Shown: positions 1 through 13,790, numbered from the stretch's first letter. The stretch is DNA of 64,000 bases from Octopus vulgaris (GCA_951406725.2 OX597819.1:91326001-91390000), one strand, 5' to 3'. The notes: generated by a model from the sequence alone, not told the origin. Translations and numbers: made by a program.

Positions 1-3000
1 GCATGTGGGCAATATGTAATACTTTTATTTACCAATCTAAAATAATTGGAGAAGGCTGGATATATCTATTGCAATTATACAACACAGCAATTATTTTGCT
101 GCCACCACGGAGTGCTGAAATGTGGCATTTAATCAATAGTGAGGAAATACCACATAAACAATCTAAATTGAAGACAGAAACACAGTGGAAGGTTAAATGT
201 TTCCAGGATTGGTGAGAAACACCTAAAGCTATTTTTTCTCTTTTTTAAACAAGATTACATGTCTTGAAATAGAATTAATTCAAACCTAAATTTCGAGTAG
301 CAACCAATGTTCACTATACTATCTAAGGAAACATTTTTATAAAAGAAAAAAAAATGAAGAATTTTTAAAAAATGTTTATAAATTAAATTATATTAAATCA
401 AAAATAAAAGCAAGATCAAATCATATAGATATATGAAAATTAAGACAAAATTGTGAAAATTAATGGGGAAAAGTAGCACTGTTTCTTAAAATATTTGAGA
501 TGAAGGTATGTTAGAAAGAAAATATTAACAGGTGTATGAAATAAGGAGGTTATAATTTATTCCCACTCAAAAGTAGATGTGTTAGGACACAAAACACTGC
601 ATTATTTACCATGAGGACTCTCATATATGGACTGGTGTTTATATTGCTAGTGGGGAATCATCGTTAACTATCGCAAAAGAGAAAGTTGTATTTGAAAAAG
701 GTATATTCCAGGAAGTGATTTTTTTTTTTACCCCATGGAAATATGAAAGTGTCTCAGCATGTAGAGTTAGATTGTTTAGCATTAGACCAGATATGTTCAA
801 GCAGGCCTATGATCAACGCCTTTTTTAAATACCAACATTTTTTTTTTTAGCGTAAAAGAAGCTCAAAGGAATTAAATTTCCTTCATTTAACCACCTTAAT
901 GTTATGATTATAATTATTTTACGTATTCTATTCTATATCACACTCGATGTAAGATGAAAATAAAAAACAAAAAACTTAATGCTTTAGTAATTTACCCTAT
1001 TAAATGTCACCTTTGCTACCATAAAAGGAATTATTACTTCATTTTTAACAATTATCCTAATAATGCCAATAGTATAGAAACATTACTTACAAAGGATTTT
1101 TTTTCCCCATTTTGTAATAGGCATGAAATTAAAAGAGCAAAGTATAAATATTTTGCAAAGAAATGCACTGGTTTCTCTTAGAAATTCTGTTATATTTTCA
1201 GTAGATAGATTCAGTTTTTGACAAAAACATGCTTCTTTCATTTACTTTATTGTGCTACATTTGAGTAAGTGTTTTATCTCTTCTTTACTTTTTTTTTTTT
1301 TTTGGTTGGATGACCTGAATAACCAATCAGTGCCTACGCTCTCAAAATTTATTAGTTATTCAGTAGTACATTTGTATTTTGATGAAAAGAGGTTACAGAG
1401 AACCAGTTACAACTTTATGAGGTCCTTTCCACAATGATCTGACATACTGTTTGTTATTTTTTGGGGGGTTTTTTCTTTAGAGCTTAAACATAAGCATTCT
1501 GACATATATGTTGTATTTGCATAATAAATAAGTAAATAAACGTAGAGATTTTCACTGAATAGCATTGTTAATATCTTACAATATGTAATATATGTATCCT
1601 TTTCCTGACAGCAGAAAGTGAATTTTCAATAAAATCAATACTTTTATGTTTTGAAAACCTTCCACACAGCTGCACAGACTGTCATATTTATTTTCTTTAT
1701 GATTCTAGAAAGCTCAAGCAGTTAGGTTAATGCTGAAAAGACAGTCTATATAATATGCTAAGTACACAGTTCAGAACTTCAGGGTTTTGTGCTCAAACAC
1801 ATCGGTGTTTCTTTTCATTCATGTCAGTAATATACCATAGGTAAGAAGACAAAGACTTCTTTGTGTTAAACAAAGAGAAAACAAGAAAAAAAATATTCCA
1901 GAAAACAAATGGTGAAATGTTACACTATCGATAGAAGTAATACTAGATTGATCAAACAACAAGAGTTACAATCTATTTTTATGCAAGTAAAGTCTGAACT
2001 TCACTTTAGTTTCAGAGGCTCTGGTTTCCATTTTGACTTCTTAAACCGAACAGCTGTTTAGATAAGATGTTATTTTGAATACATGTCTAGATAGGATTTC
2101 TCATTATAGAAAAAAAAAAGTGTACTTTGAAATGATGCTGATGATGGCATCTGGATACTTTTTAAACTCGATTAAAGAAAATTCTACCATTTTCTAGAAG
2201 GAATTTTAAGAAGTAAAATCTTTGTTTGCTGGAAATCTTTTCAAGATAAAGTACTTTCTACAACTCTAATTATAATACTGACACGTATAATCATACTTGA
2301 AGATAATTACATTCGTCTATTTTGTTAGCTGCTCCAAAGAATTTCCTACAATTGAATTTGAATTTATGTGCTACTAACCAATTCATGATTTTCTGAATCT
2401 AATTAAAAAAAAAATGCCTCATGAGCTTTTCATATAATAACCTCTATTGAAATTAGACAGCAGTCTAGCTTCAGTACCTAACTATTTTCTCTTTCAGAAT
2501 TACTTCACAACACAAATGATAATAAGTCAATGTTGCAAAGAATTTGCCTCTCTAAGTAAGATAACACTATTGGGATATACTACTCCATACTAGCATGGAT
2601 AGACTGGAAAATTCTACAATCTGTAAAATTCATAAGCTTTTCTTAATCATTACAAAGACTTGATTCAGATATTGGACCAATAGATTTGAATCAATTAGTC
2701 CAATATCTGAAAGCATTCTGATAGGTTTAAAATTCTGTGTATGTTTGTTTAACCCTTCTGTAACCATATTTCTATTGTTTCAATTATGAATTTAATAAAA
2801 TAACTTTGTCGTTATTAATGTGGAAGAGAGAGACCCAGGAAAACATGGGAAAAGTACTGAAGGGCAATCTCAAAACGTTAAACCTTACAAAGAGGATGAC
2901 AGAGGACCAAGATATGTGGCAAATTTCTGTACTCAAGAAGACCCACCCACCACAACAAAGCCAAGGTGCCACATAAAAAGCAACCACTCTACAGAGTATA

Positions 3001-3154
3001 CTGGGCACTTAGATTCTGCAGTATCAAATCATGTGCTTTGTTACAGACAGTGCAGAAATACAGTGAAATACAATCATTGGAAATATATGAAACAATAGAA
3101 TAAATTGTTTTCTCGGATCTTTAATTCTAGCAATCTCAGCGTAGATCTTTCTGA

Positions 3155-3545
3155 AGCTGTGTGATTAAGAAGCTTGCTTCCCAACCATATGGTTGTGGAC
3201 TCAGTCCCATTGCATGGCACCTTCTACTACAATCCTGGGCCAAGCCTTGTGAGTGAATTTGGTAGATGGAAACTGAAAGAAGCCTGTATATCTATAAATA
3301 TGTATGCATCTGTGTGTGTATTAGTGTGTACTTTTGTTGAGAAATCACGTGATGAATGTAAATGAGCATCATCATCATAAAAGCAAGGTTATTCATTTCT
3401 TTAATTATGGAAAAATATTACCTTGCTAGAAAATAGTTGAGGGTTGGCAACAAGAGGGGCATCTGGCTGTAGAAAAACTGTATTCCATCAACAAATTCCA
3501 TCTGACCCATGCAAACATGGAAAAGTGGATGTTAAATGATGGTGA
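3155..3545 (+). mobile_element. Degenerate tRNA-derived CORE-like SINE with RTE-like tail
   Basis: Head gctgtgtgattaagaagcttgcttcccaacc...cagtccca and body ccttgtgagtgaatttggtagatggaaactgaaagaagcc recur many times in the window. Confidence 0.75.
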
Positions 3546-4749
3546 TAAGATATCATTATTGTAATTTTCTCCAAAAATTATCTTGAAAAATCATTTTCAG
3601 CTAATAATATATTTTATGTTTTTCATATATGTCTAGATATAGTTAAGCATAGAAAAGTGCTTTTTTTTATATATAATTTTTAAATGTTTTAATGTAATTT
3701 CAAAATGTGTAATTTGTAATTAAAAGAATCTTTTTAAGAGTCAAACATTGATTTAAGCACTAAATATTATAAGCAGAAAGTGATTATGCCAGGTTCAAAC
3801 CTTTTCCCTGGAGTTTTAGCAATGTAGGTATAATTAAGAATCAAAATAAAACTTTACAGTGCAGACCACACGAATAAAACATCAACATAAATATACCATA
3901 ATAGGAGATGGCAGAGACAATTAAAAAATGGCTGCATACTTCACACAGAAGTCAAAAGAATTTAATACCATGAACAAATCATTTTTACAATTTTTGTGAA
4001 ATCTGTCTGTCTGTGACATAATTTCTGGTTGGGTTCACAACTCTCCCTCTTTCTCCCATTGTATGTATGTTCACAGGCACACACATTATATTTCTCAGCA
4101 CAGTTGTCAAATATATTAAGCTACCACTTTTGAAAATAAAAATAAAAGTCTCAAAAAAGTTAATTTTGAAGTGAAAAAAAAAAATTATGAATCTCCATTC
4201 TTTGAATTCAACAACTAATAAATGAATAAATAATAGTTTTTCTTTGTTAAATTTTAATCAGTTGCTTTCTTTACCATACTACTAACATGTTCACATATGG
4301 TCAGTTGTATCATTCTCAGTAGAGTTTGGGGATCTGTCAAAGGTAAAGATTTTTGCCAGTTAAAGTCAATTTACTATACCAAATAGACCTAACAGACAGC
4401 CTAATTATAAAAATGTTAAATTCACTGAAAACATTGTCTACGTAGACGTTGTTGATTGTCAACATTTCCTGTCTGTGATTTGTTGTACATAATGTCATAT
4501 ACAGAAATAAAAATGAATAGAAACTAACTAATATATATTTTGACCTATTGACTGTTTCTTTTATTTCGATATTGTTTTACACTGTGAAGTATATTTGCCA
4601 TCTAAATATGGCTAACTACTAAGAGTGGATGTTACTGTAGCTTGTAGCCCCAGGAGAACATCTTCTCTAGCTGGCTATTGACACACTTTCTGTGCCCTAT
4701 CGGTATTTGCAAAGGGAGGTCATCCTTCCCTCGTCAACCTAAGTGATAC

Positions 4750-4792
4750 GCACGGACTGCAGTTTCTGGGTATTGACCTGTCATCAGCGCAC
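4750..4792 (-). ncRNA. Minimal type I hammerhead ribozyme
   Basis: Minus strand GUGCG-CUGAUGA-ca GGU caau ACC ca-GAAA-C UGCA G-UC-CGUGC; 5-bp stem I (2 GU), palindromic ACUGCAGU stem III; base of stem II mismatched. Confidence 0.75.
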
Positions 4793-4860
4793 GACAATCA
4801 CAGGTTTTCGATGGAAGGGTCCCAATGCAAATACATATATCCTTTTTCCAGTGATCTTGA

Positions 4861-4980
4861 AAAAGTGTTAACAAGCAATAATAAATCTCTGAACAAGGTA
4901 TAGACAGTAACTGCACGACAATGTGCAGTTACTGTCTATACTTTGTTCTGAGATTTATTATTGCTTGTTTTACACTCTTT
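4861..4980. repeat. Near-perfect inverted repeat (arms 4861-4916 and 4923-4980, 6-nt loop)
   Basis: acaagcaataataaatctctgaacaaggtatagacagtaactgcac / gtgcagttactgtctatactttgttctgagatttattattgcttgt. Confidence 0.95.
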
Positions 4981-4997
4981 TACTTAATTTTTTGTTG

Positions 4998-5039
<42 letters not shown>

Positions 5040-6335
5040 CTATATTTCAGTGAAACAAAGTATTACTTACTCTGGGCATAAGCCACAGGTCATGCACTAG
5101 TTATAGTTAGACTCAACTAACCCAAATTTGTTAACTGCCAGCATCTTTCAGGCTGAAATATGATACTAATCAGTGAAATATCAATATAGCTAGGATAGCT
5201 TTTGTTCTACACCATCAGTTGTTTTATCAATAGACCTTTTAAAACATTACACTTATTACAAACAAATGTTACCATACTAACCTAAATCCTTTTCCTAACT
5301 CTTCTTTATAAAGATAACTCTAAATCTAGCTATTTATAGTTTGAGCTGAATAAAACTAAAATAACAACATCAACAAAAATAATAGCATCACCTTCACAAT
5401 ATGTTTTGTTGCATTCATTTGTAGCACTTAGGCTTTCTATAAAACAATGAGAAGATTTATCGAAATATTTATTTTCCTTTAATGAGCATATTCCAATAAA
5501 TACAGAATGTAATGGCTTTTCCTAGTTTTTCTTCTACATTTAATTTATTTATTTGTAAAAATCTGGAATAACAGAATGGCAACAACAAACTATTTTAAAA
5601 AAAAATACAAACAGAGATAAAATATTTCTTTGAAGGGAAAGCAGGGAAAATAATTTTCACTTCATAAAAAGTCTCCTGTGTTCTTTAAGATAAACAGCTT
5701 CTGGTTCATTGGGACTAAATAAAAGTGGTTTTCTCTCACCAGTGAAAGTAAAGTGATACATAATTATACACACATGTTCAATTTACTCACTGAACAGAAA
5801 CTACATTCTGAAAATATAAGCTACATACTATGAAGTGTCTCTATATCAAAGAGACAAAGTTACTCTTGATCACCTTGCGGAACATATGGAAAACTACTTT
5901 TTTAATACTTATAAATGATAGTGCAGTGAATTTACAGAAGCAGAAAACCAATAACAAAGAATTTATGGAATAATTTTTTTCATTGCTAGGTTAGTGTTTG
6001 AAACATAAATCAACATGAAATTTTGGTGGGAACTTTTAACACGAATCACTTTCAAACAGAAAGGATTGAACTAAAGTACTAATAGTTTCCTCAAGAGATT
6101 TAGTATCAAAATGGTTAATCTTACTTTAATAGGATTACTGCCATACCTGACTGACTGTTGAGTCAATAAATTAAGTATCAGTAACATATTGGGATCAGGT
6201 CAATGGTCTGCAAACTATATCTGTACAGAAATTTCCTGTGTTATGTCAAAAGAATGCGAGGAAAATTAGTTGAATTGTAACAAGACAGGAAAGAGAAATA
6301 GATACTATCGCATTTAGTTTGTATATCAAACAATA

Positions 6336-6706
6336 TTCTTTTATTCTTTTACTTGTTTCAGCCATGCTGGAGCACCGCCCTTAGTCAAAGAAATTGACCT
6401 CAGGACTTTTTCTCTGTAAGTCTAGCCCTTATTCTATCAGTCTCTTTTGTCAAACTGCTAAGTTTCGGGGACGTAAACACACTAGCATCGGTTGTCAAGC
6501 GATGGAGGGGGGACAAACACAGAAACATATATATATATATATATATGACAAGCTTCTTTCAGTTTCCGTCAACCAAATCCACTCACATGGCTTTGATCAG
6601 CCCAAGGATATAGTAGAAGACACTTGCCCAAGTTGCCACGTAGTGGGACTGAAACCAGAACTACGTGGTTAGGAAGCAAGCTTCTTACCACAGCCACACC
6701 TGTGCC
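6336..6706 (-). mobile_element. CORE-like tRNA SINE, near full length
   Basis: Reverse complement of the recurring head (ggctgtggtaagaagcttgcttcc), cttgggcaagtgtcttctac core and aagtaaaagaata tail. Confidence 0.85.
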
Positions 6707-7077
6707 TATAAAGTTAAATAACATAAAGGTTTCTTTTACCTCTCTCAGAAACTATTGGTAATATTACAATTGACTCAATCAAGTATGTCTATGAAACAAC
6801 AGAAAAAAAACACCCATTGTATCAAAGAAATCAATATCAAGTCAACAAGAGAGCCTCTACATGATCACATATTTTACTAGAAACCACAGCTATAACTTCA
6901 AAAATCACCCTAATATCTTAAATATAGAAAAGACATCTTACATAATTAGTCCAGGATAGCCCTAAAAAGGGAGAATGGCCAGTGAGAATGCCTTTGAATA
7001 TAGGCCTCAATTATGCAAGCCCAATATGGAGAATGTTAGCATTGGATACAACAAAAGAAAATGTAAGTTATACATAT

Positions 7078-7296
7078 TTATTTCTTTATTGCCCACAGGA
7101 GGCTAAACACAGAGAGGACAAACAAAGGCTTAAGTCGGTTACATTGACCCCAGTGCATAACTGGTACTTAATTTATCGACCCCGAAAGGATGAAAGGCAA
7201 AGTCAACCTTGGCGGAATTTGAACTCAAAACATAACGGCAGTCGAAATACCGCTAAGCATTTCACCCGACATGCTAACGATTCTGCCAGCTCGCCG
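7078..7296 (-). mobile_element. tRNA-derived SINE with Meta-like domain
   Basis: cccagtgcataactggtacttaatttatcgaccccgaaaggatgaaaggcaaagtcaac; homologous to 27823-28058. Confidence 0.85.
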
Positions 7297-7336
7297 TCCG
7301 TAAGTTGTACATATGCTAACTGAAGACCATCTAAAG

Positions 7337-7967
7337 CAGAGATTCTCAACATGGTACATTCCCACCAAAGGAGCACTGGGCATGTCAAAAGGGACATTAG
7401 GCTTTAGGAGGCAGTGAGGTAACACAACTAACATGCTAAATTTTACATGTAGTAGTAATTTAATATTGTATATGATAAAACTAGTAATGGTCATTTGGTC
7501 ATTAAAACAAAATGAGATCTCATCAGGCACAAGGAAGTCAAACTTACAACTTAATTTTTTTTTTAATCATGTCACTATTAAAAGCTTAATACAATCCATT
7601 TTTAGAGTAAAATTTATAATTATCATCCGTGTTAAGTTAGATAACAAACATAGTAAATTTTATCTATAGAAGTAATTATAGAACATATGATAAAACTAGT
7701 AATGGTTATTAAAATAAAGTGAGATCTCATTAGGTACAAGAAAGTCATTAACTTGCAATGCTTAAAGTAAACTTACAACTTTTGTCTTTGTCAGTTTATC
7801 ATTTCACTGTAAAAACTTATACAATCCATATTTAGAGTAAAATTTATAAATTATCATCCATGTGAAGTTAGTTTAATTGTGATACCTCACATACCACTTA
7901 AGTGAGTGCTAGGCATAACAACTACTTAAAAGAGGGACTCTACAAAGAAAATGGTTAAGAACCACTG
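7337..7967. mobile_element. Degenerate hAT-like MITE with internal ~215-bp tandem duplication
   Basis: Ends cagagattctcaaca / ggttaagaaccactg; partial TSD atcta; ~7470-7660 is repeated at ~7685-7870. Confidence 0.55.
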
Positions 7968-8647
7968 ATCTATATCACGAGAGAAAAATACTGTAAAGTA
8001 CAACTGCAATCATACATTCTGGTTTTGCAATAGAAGTTATTTATATCACCATAATTATCCTTCACCTTTTGCTTACTTGTCTCAGTCACCGAACTATGGC
8101 CATGCTGGGATACCACTTGGAAAGGTGTTTTTCTTTTTAGGGGTGGGGGTTCAGTTGAACAAGTCAGCTCTAGTACTTATTTTTTAAGTCTGGTACTTAT
8201 CCTATCAGTTGTCTTCACTGAATCACTAGGTCAAAGGGATGTAAACAAACCAACATCAGTTGTCAAGTGGTAGAGTGAGATGGAGTGGGTGGAGGGCAAA
8301 CAGACACGAAAACACACACACACACACATATATGTATAACAGGTTATCACAGTTTCCACTTGCCAAATTTACTCCCAAAGTATTATTAGTTGGCCTGGAG
8401 CTATTTGTGGAAGTCACTTGCCTGACTGAACCCAAAACCGTGTGGTTGCAAAATGAGCTTCTGAATGACATAACCACGTCTGTATCTAACTACAGATCCA
8501 GAAAAAAATGAAAAGTTAAGCCAAATCTACTCAGAAAAATTCAACAAAAATACTCATGCATAGAAAACCAGGAAATGACACTGAAAAAAACTGACTAGTT
8601 GAGGATGTGATTCACAGTTATCAGCTTCACGCAGTACAACAGAAGTT

Positions 8648-8965
8648 GTGGGACTTAGTGGTTAAGGTATTCGGTTCATGATCATAAGGTCGCAAGTTCA
8701 ATTCCCAGTGGTGTATTGTGGCCTTGAGCAAGACATTTTATTTCACATTGCTCCAGTCCAGTCAGTTAGCAAAAGTATGTAGTACCTGTATTTCAAAGAG
8801 CCAGCCTTGTCACATACTGTGTCAAACTGAATCTCCTTGAAAACTATGTTAAGAGTACATGTATCCATGGAGTGCTCAGCCACTTGCACATTAATTTCAT
8901 GAGGAATTTATTCCATTGATTGGATCAACTGGAACCATCGTCATCATAACTGACAGAGTGCCAGT
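8648..8965 (+). mobile_element. tRNA-derived SINE (second family)
   Basis: A box cttagtggttaag, B box agttcaattcc, then ccttgagcaagac; homologs at 22785-23035 and 63680-63998. Confidence 0.8.
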
Positions 8966-9337
8966 CACAGTACTGTAAAACTACTCACCACCAGACCAGC
9001 TTAAAATCAGTAAGAAAGAAGAATGCATTCCATGAGAAACAAAGATGTTTACAAGCACATCTGTGCTCTAGGTTTTAGGCCATACTAAATGTCACAGCAG
9101 CATAGATCCAGAAATCACCATCATATGTCTTGATTGCAATCACACTCCACATGCTTTCCCACACACTTCTTCCAATATACAGCTAATCCTACTAATCTAA
9201 ATATATAGTACCTATAGAATAGCCCCAGGAAAGTGAACAGAATGTCTGCAAATCCAATTTTAACAGTGAACAAAGGCCTTTGAAACTATGAAAGAAAAAC
9301 AAAGGATGATAATGATTTTATATATATGTATGTATAT

Positions 9338-9560
9338 CATTATCATCATCATTTAACATCCGTTTTCCATGCAAGCATAGGTTTGACGGTTTGACCGGGG
9401 TCTGGGAAGCCAGGAGGCTGCACAAGGCTCCAGTCTGATCTGGCAGTGTTTCTACAGCTGGATGCCCTTCCTAATGCCAACCACTCCATGAGTGTAGTGG
9501 GTGCTTTTTATGTGCCACCGGCACAGGGGCCAGAGGAAGCTGGTAACGTCCACAATCAGT
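9338..9560 (-). mobile_element. RTE-LINE 3' tail / RTE-related SINE
   Basis: (cat)n-ttaacatccgttttccatgc...gctggatgcccttcctaatgccaaccactcc; same sequence lies 3' of the RTE ORF at 54244-55345. Confidence 0.8.
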
Positions 9561-9689
9561 ATGGGCAGATTTTTGAAATCCAATTAATCTTTATACATTT
9601 ATACAATTATACAAATATACTTTTCCAAGGAGATATGATAACCCTAATAACAGATTGTTTATAAAGCTTGAAACACATGTACCACGATA

Positions 9690-9900
9690 TCCTTTGTGTT
9701 CTGATTTTAATTCATATTTGATATATATATATATACTCATTACATGATCATGCCAGCACACATTTCTTACTTGCATATAACACCGGATTCCCAATTTTTC
9801 TCTCAACACATGCAATTTGTAGCACATGCACACTGATGTTGAGTAGCCAATAGAGCATGCTAGCTTCATTTCTTTCTAATATTTACATGTCCTCTGTTTT
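9690..9900 (-). pseudogene. Decayed RTE ORF2 C-terminal fragment
   Basis: ORF 9591-9869 includes LREKLGIR...WHDHVM, resembling the translation around 54790-54900. Confidence 0.5.
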
Positions 9901-10102
9901 CAGGACCAGGCCAACATATATGTATTATGTTTATACACACACATACATACATACATACATATATACATACATACATCTACACTAAACAAAAATGAGCTAA
10001 GAGAAATAACTCAGAGTAGCCAGTGGCATGAATATGAGCATAGACCAAAAACCAGATTTGCCAAAACTTTAAAGTCACTATCAACATTATATATAAAATA
10101 TA

Positions 10103-10937
10103 TACTGTATTTACCAGTGTGCAAGACATACTTTGTTTTTAAATGTATTGAAAATTGCCTCACATCTAATGCAGATTTAATAAGGATGGGACACCGGATA
10201 TCAAAGGCTAGGGAAAACAGATGAGCATAACTCTGCTAGGTACAATATTTGCTACTAATAATAAAATATTGAAAACAAGCCAAATCATCACAGACTGTTA
10301 GCACAAACTTATGAAAAATTGCTTTTAGTACATCACAGTAGTATTGTGGGGTCGTTGCCTCATCTCATTATATATCCTTCCTCAGCATACATAACCCATA
10401 CCTGATATGTATCTTACATTATTTACTGATTCAATTAAGTATCTTTACAAAACATAAATGGAAAAATTTTCCTAGAAAGATGAAAGGAATATTAAATTTT
10501 TATCTGCCAGTCAACTATTTGCAACAAGTGGATGACAACAAAACCATAGCAGTGGCACACCACCTTGGTGGGTGAGCGCTGTTACACAAAACATCACAGC
10601 CAGCTTCACATCCTGAATGGCAATTTTCTTAATCAAAATATAATAAACAACTATACAATGGAATTGTAAAAAGATGAAGGTATAATATGATGCTCTTAAA
10701 ATGTCGTTTACTTATGCTAAGTTAATGGTTTCAAACTTTATTACAGTATACTGTCACAGCATTGCATTTATATACACAGATTTATATAGTTTCCCCGTAC
10801 AAAACCACTTCAAAACATCTTTCAATAAGTGTATGATAAAACATACTACGGTTTTTTTTTTTTTTCCACAAAATATATTAGTAAATTAAGCATGTACCTT
10901 ATGCAAGAGTGCATCTTATACATCAGCAAATATGGTT
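10103..10937 (+). mobile_element. Highly decayed pogo/Tc2-like DNA transposon derivative
   Basis: Degenerate TIRs tactgtatttaccagtgtgcaagacatac / gtgcatcttatacatcagcaaatatggt; internal YLQQVDDNK resembles the pogo LQPLD-NK motif. Confidence 0.35.
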
Positions 10938-11139
10938 TGGTATGTTGGCACTTAGCAAACAAGTTTGATGAGCACCAACGCATCAAACTCTCTGACCTTG
11001 AGTCACTCTGTTACTTCTGCTAAATATTTATAAAAATATACATATGCTTATATTTTGAGTTCTATTTTTCTTATTTGCACCAACACACACACACACATAT
11101 ACGTATATATATATATATATATAAGAGACGAAAGTGTAC

Positions 11140-11830
11140 GTACACCGCTATATATATATAAAATACAAAATGGGACAAGAACGCAAGACATCTGGACAGT
11201 TAGGTGATACAAAAATGGGACAACAAAACATCCAGATAGACGATACAAAGAAAACAAGGATGGGTCATTCGAAGCTTTCTTTCCTCAGTCGAGTACCAGA
11301 TTATCTTCACAATTTCGGCTGATTATACTCGAGATTGCTCTAATCCGGCCAGCCCAAAGGAAAAACTAAGCTAAGAGCATTAGATTCCTTGGCAGAAAGC
11401 AGCAAATGTATACAAAAACAAGGACGGAAAAAAACAGACAATGTTACACAAATACAATAAAAATAATAACAGGACATAACAACAGGTATCTTTCAACCAA
11501 GGACGAATTAAGTTAAGCTGGCGTGTGTGGAAATGAAGCCTTATGGCAGGGACAAAAGATTTCACAGGCACAGGGAGGAATATCGACCAAGAAAGAAAGA
11601 TCAGGCTTGGCCAAACACCAGTCACATGGGAAGAGAAGAGAGGGAGGTAGAGGCAGTGGGACAAAAGAATTAAGGAGGGGCGAGAAAAAAAATGATGGAC
11701 ACAGTGAAGTGAAAACTGGAGGGAAAGTGAGTGAGAAGAAAAGGCAAAGAAATGTAAGAGAGGGAGAACGAAAGAACAAAGAGTGGAATGAACAAATAAG
11801 CATGAAAGGGCTGATAGACAGAAATAGAGT
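11140..11830. mobile_element. Unclassified dispersed element inserted in (TA)n
   Basis: Homologous to 61565-62105 (gtcattc...cagtc...ggctgatta...aaggaaaaactaagct...gagcattagatt). Confidence 0.7.
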
Positions 11831-11878
<48 letters not shown>

Positions 11879-11929
11879 TTAAAAAAAAGTGTGTGTGTAT
11901 ATATATATACACACACACATTAAAAAAAA

Positions 11930-12150
11930 GGCAGTGAGCTGACAGAATTGTTAGCATGCTGGGCAAAATGCTTAGTGATATTTCATCTGCTACAACGTTC
12001 TGAGTTCAAATTCTACTGAGGTTGACTTTGCCTGTCATCCTTTTGGGCTCGATAGATTAAGTACCAGTTGAGTACTAGAGTTGATGTAATCGACTGTCCC
12101 CCTCCCCACCAAATGCAGGCCTTGTGCCTATAGTAGTAGAAAGGATTATT
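11930..12150 (+). mobile_element. Meta-like SINE
   Basis: ggcagtgagctgacagaattgttagc...gttctgagttcaaatt...gactttgcctgtcatcctt. Confidence 0.8.
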
Positions 12151-12244
12151 ATTATTAAACATATAAGTGTGTTGGCACTTATATGTTTGATAAGTGCCAA
12201 TGCACCACACTCTCTGACCTTGAGTTATTCTGTTACTTCTAAAT

Positions 12245-12583
12245 CATCATCATTGTTTAGCATCCGTTTTCCATGCTAGCATGGGTTGGACAGTTCAACT
12301 GGGGTCTGGGAAGCCAGAAGGCTGCACCAGGCCCAGTTTGATCTGGCAATGTTTCTACGGCTGGATGCCCTTCCTAACGCCAACCACTCCGTGATTGTAG
12401 TGGGTACTTTTTACATGCCACTGGCACAGAGGCCAGGCGAGGCTGGCAAACGGCCACGATCGGATGGTGCTTTTTACATGTCACAGCCACGTTCAGATGG
12501 TTCTCTTACATGCCAACAGCACTGGTATCACAGCTACAATTTCCATTGATGTTGATCGATTTCGATTTTGATTCTGATTCTCA
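12245..12583 (-). mobile_element. RTE-tail element with 6-bp TSD
   Basis: TSD ctaaat at 12239-12244 and 12584-12589; interrupts the second copy of a local duplication. Confidence 0.8.
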
Positions 12584-13407
12584 CTAAATATTTATAAAAA
12601 TATGAATATACTCATATTTTGAGTTCTATTTTTCTTGTTTGCATCACCATGCCTATATATATCATTAGAACTACAAGAGAAATTCTAGACTTGGAAACAA
12701 AACTCACAATCAAGAGACTTTAATAAAAGTTTCAATATCAAGTAGAAAACATAAGTACACTTCCAGTTTTCAAATGATGCTCTTTAGTACTACAAGCATT
12801 GTGTAAGAAGTATGGATAATAAATTTCAACATTCAGGGGCACAATTACCATTTGATTGATTCTCTTTTGTCCCAATGTAATAAAGAGCCAAATTTCAGCA
12901 CCTGGGCAAAACCAGGTACCTTTGCTTACAGATTAATATCATTTCAGTTAGCCTTGATTCATAAAGTGTCTTGGCTATGGATTCATAAAGTATCTTCCAG
13001 AATTAAGGAAATTATTCAAATTATATATAATTAGGTTGCTAATCTAGCAACTAGTCTATTTGACCACCTACAATTGATCTCCAGAAGAATATTTTGTACT
13101 TATTTTTTCTATCAATCCTTAAATGACAAAAGTTAAGAACACCACATGGTGACATGTTACAATAAGAATTATGACTGATCCAACAAGGGAACTGTTATGC
13201 AATCACCTAACCTGTTAAAAACAGGAGAAATCTCCCTCAAATCACACCCTAAATAATAAAAAGGATACATTAGATAATGTGGTCCGACATGCACTGTACT
13301 TAGTAAAAGGATGGGATGATCATAATTGAAACAATTTTGATTATGGATCTGCTTGATCAGAACTAATTTGGAGCTTAGCAACAACAACAAACATTGAAGT
13401 AGATATA

Positions 13408-13790
13408 TTCTTTTACTTGTTTCAGTTATTTGACAGTGGCCATGCTGAAGCAGCACCTTGAAAAGTCTGTTTAGTTGAATAAATTGACAACAGGACTTGC
13501 TTTTAAGCTTAGTATTTATTCTATCGGTCTCTTTTGGCAAACCACTAAGTTACAGGGGTGTAAATATGCCAATTGTCAAGTGAAGATGGGGAACAAAAAC
13601 AGACACACATGCATATATATATGCGTGTGTGACGGGCTTCTTTCAGTTTCTATCTACCAAATCGACTCTCAAGGCTTTGGTCAGTCTGAGGCTATAGTAG
13701 AAGACACTTGCCCAAGGTTCCATGCAGAGGGATTGAAACCTGAATCATGTGGTTGAGAAGCAGGCTTCTTACCACACAGCCGTGCCTGTG
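13408..13790 (-). mobile_element. CORE-like SINE
   Basis: Same family as 6336-6706. Confidence 0.85.

Larger units (their letters stand above)
4600..4980 (-). mobile_element. Penelope-like pLTR-type non-autonomous element with HHR and terminal fold-back
   Basis: Contains the HHR at 4750-4792 and a ~56-bp inverted repeat at 4861-4980; (TA)n follows at ~5005; left boundary approximate. Confidence 0.6.

Noticed and set aside
1900-3098. piggyBac transposase remnant or host exon (ORF 2820-3098)
   Set aside because: Only faint motifs (MSR*DF-like, scattered Cys/His); insufficient without a profile search
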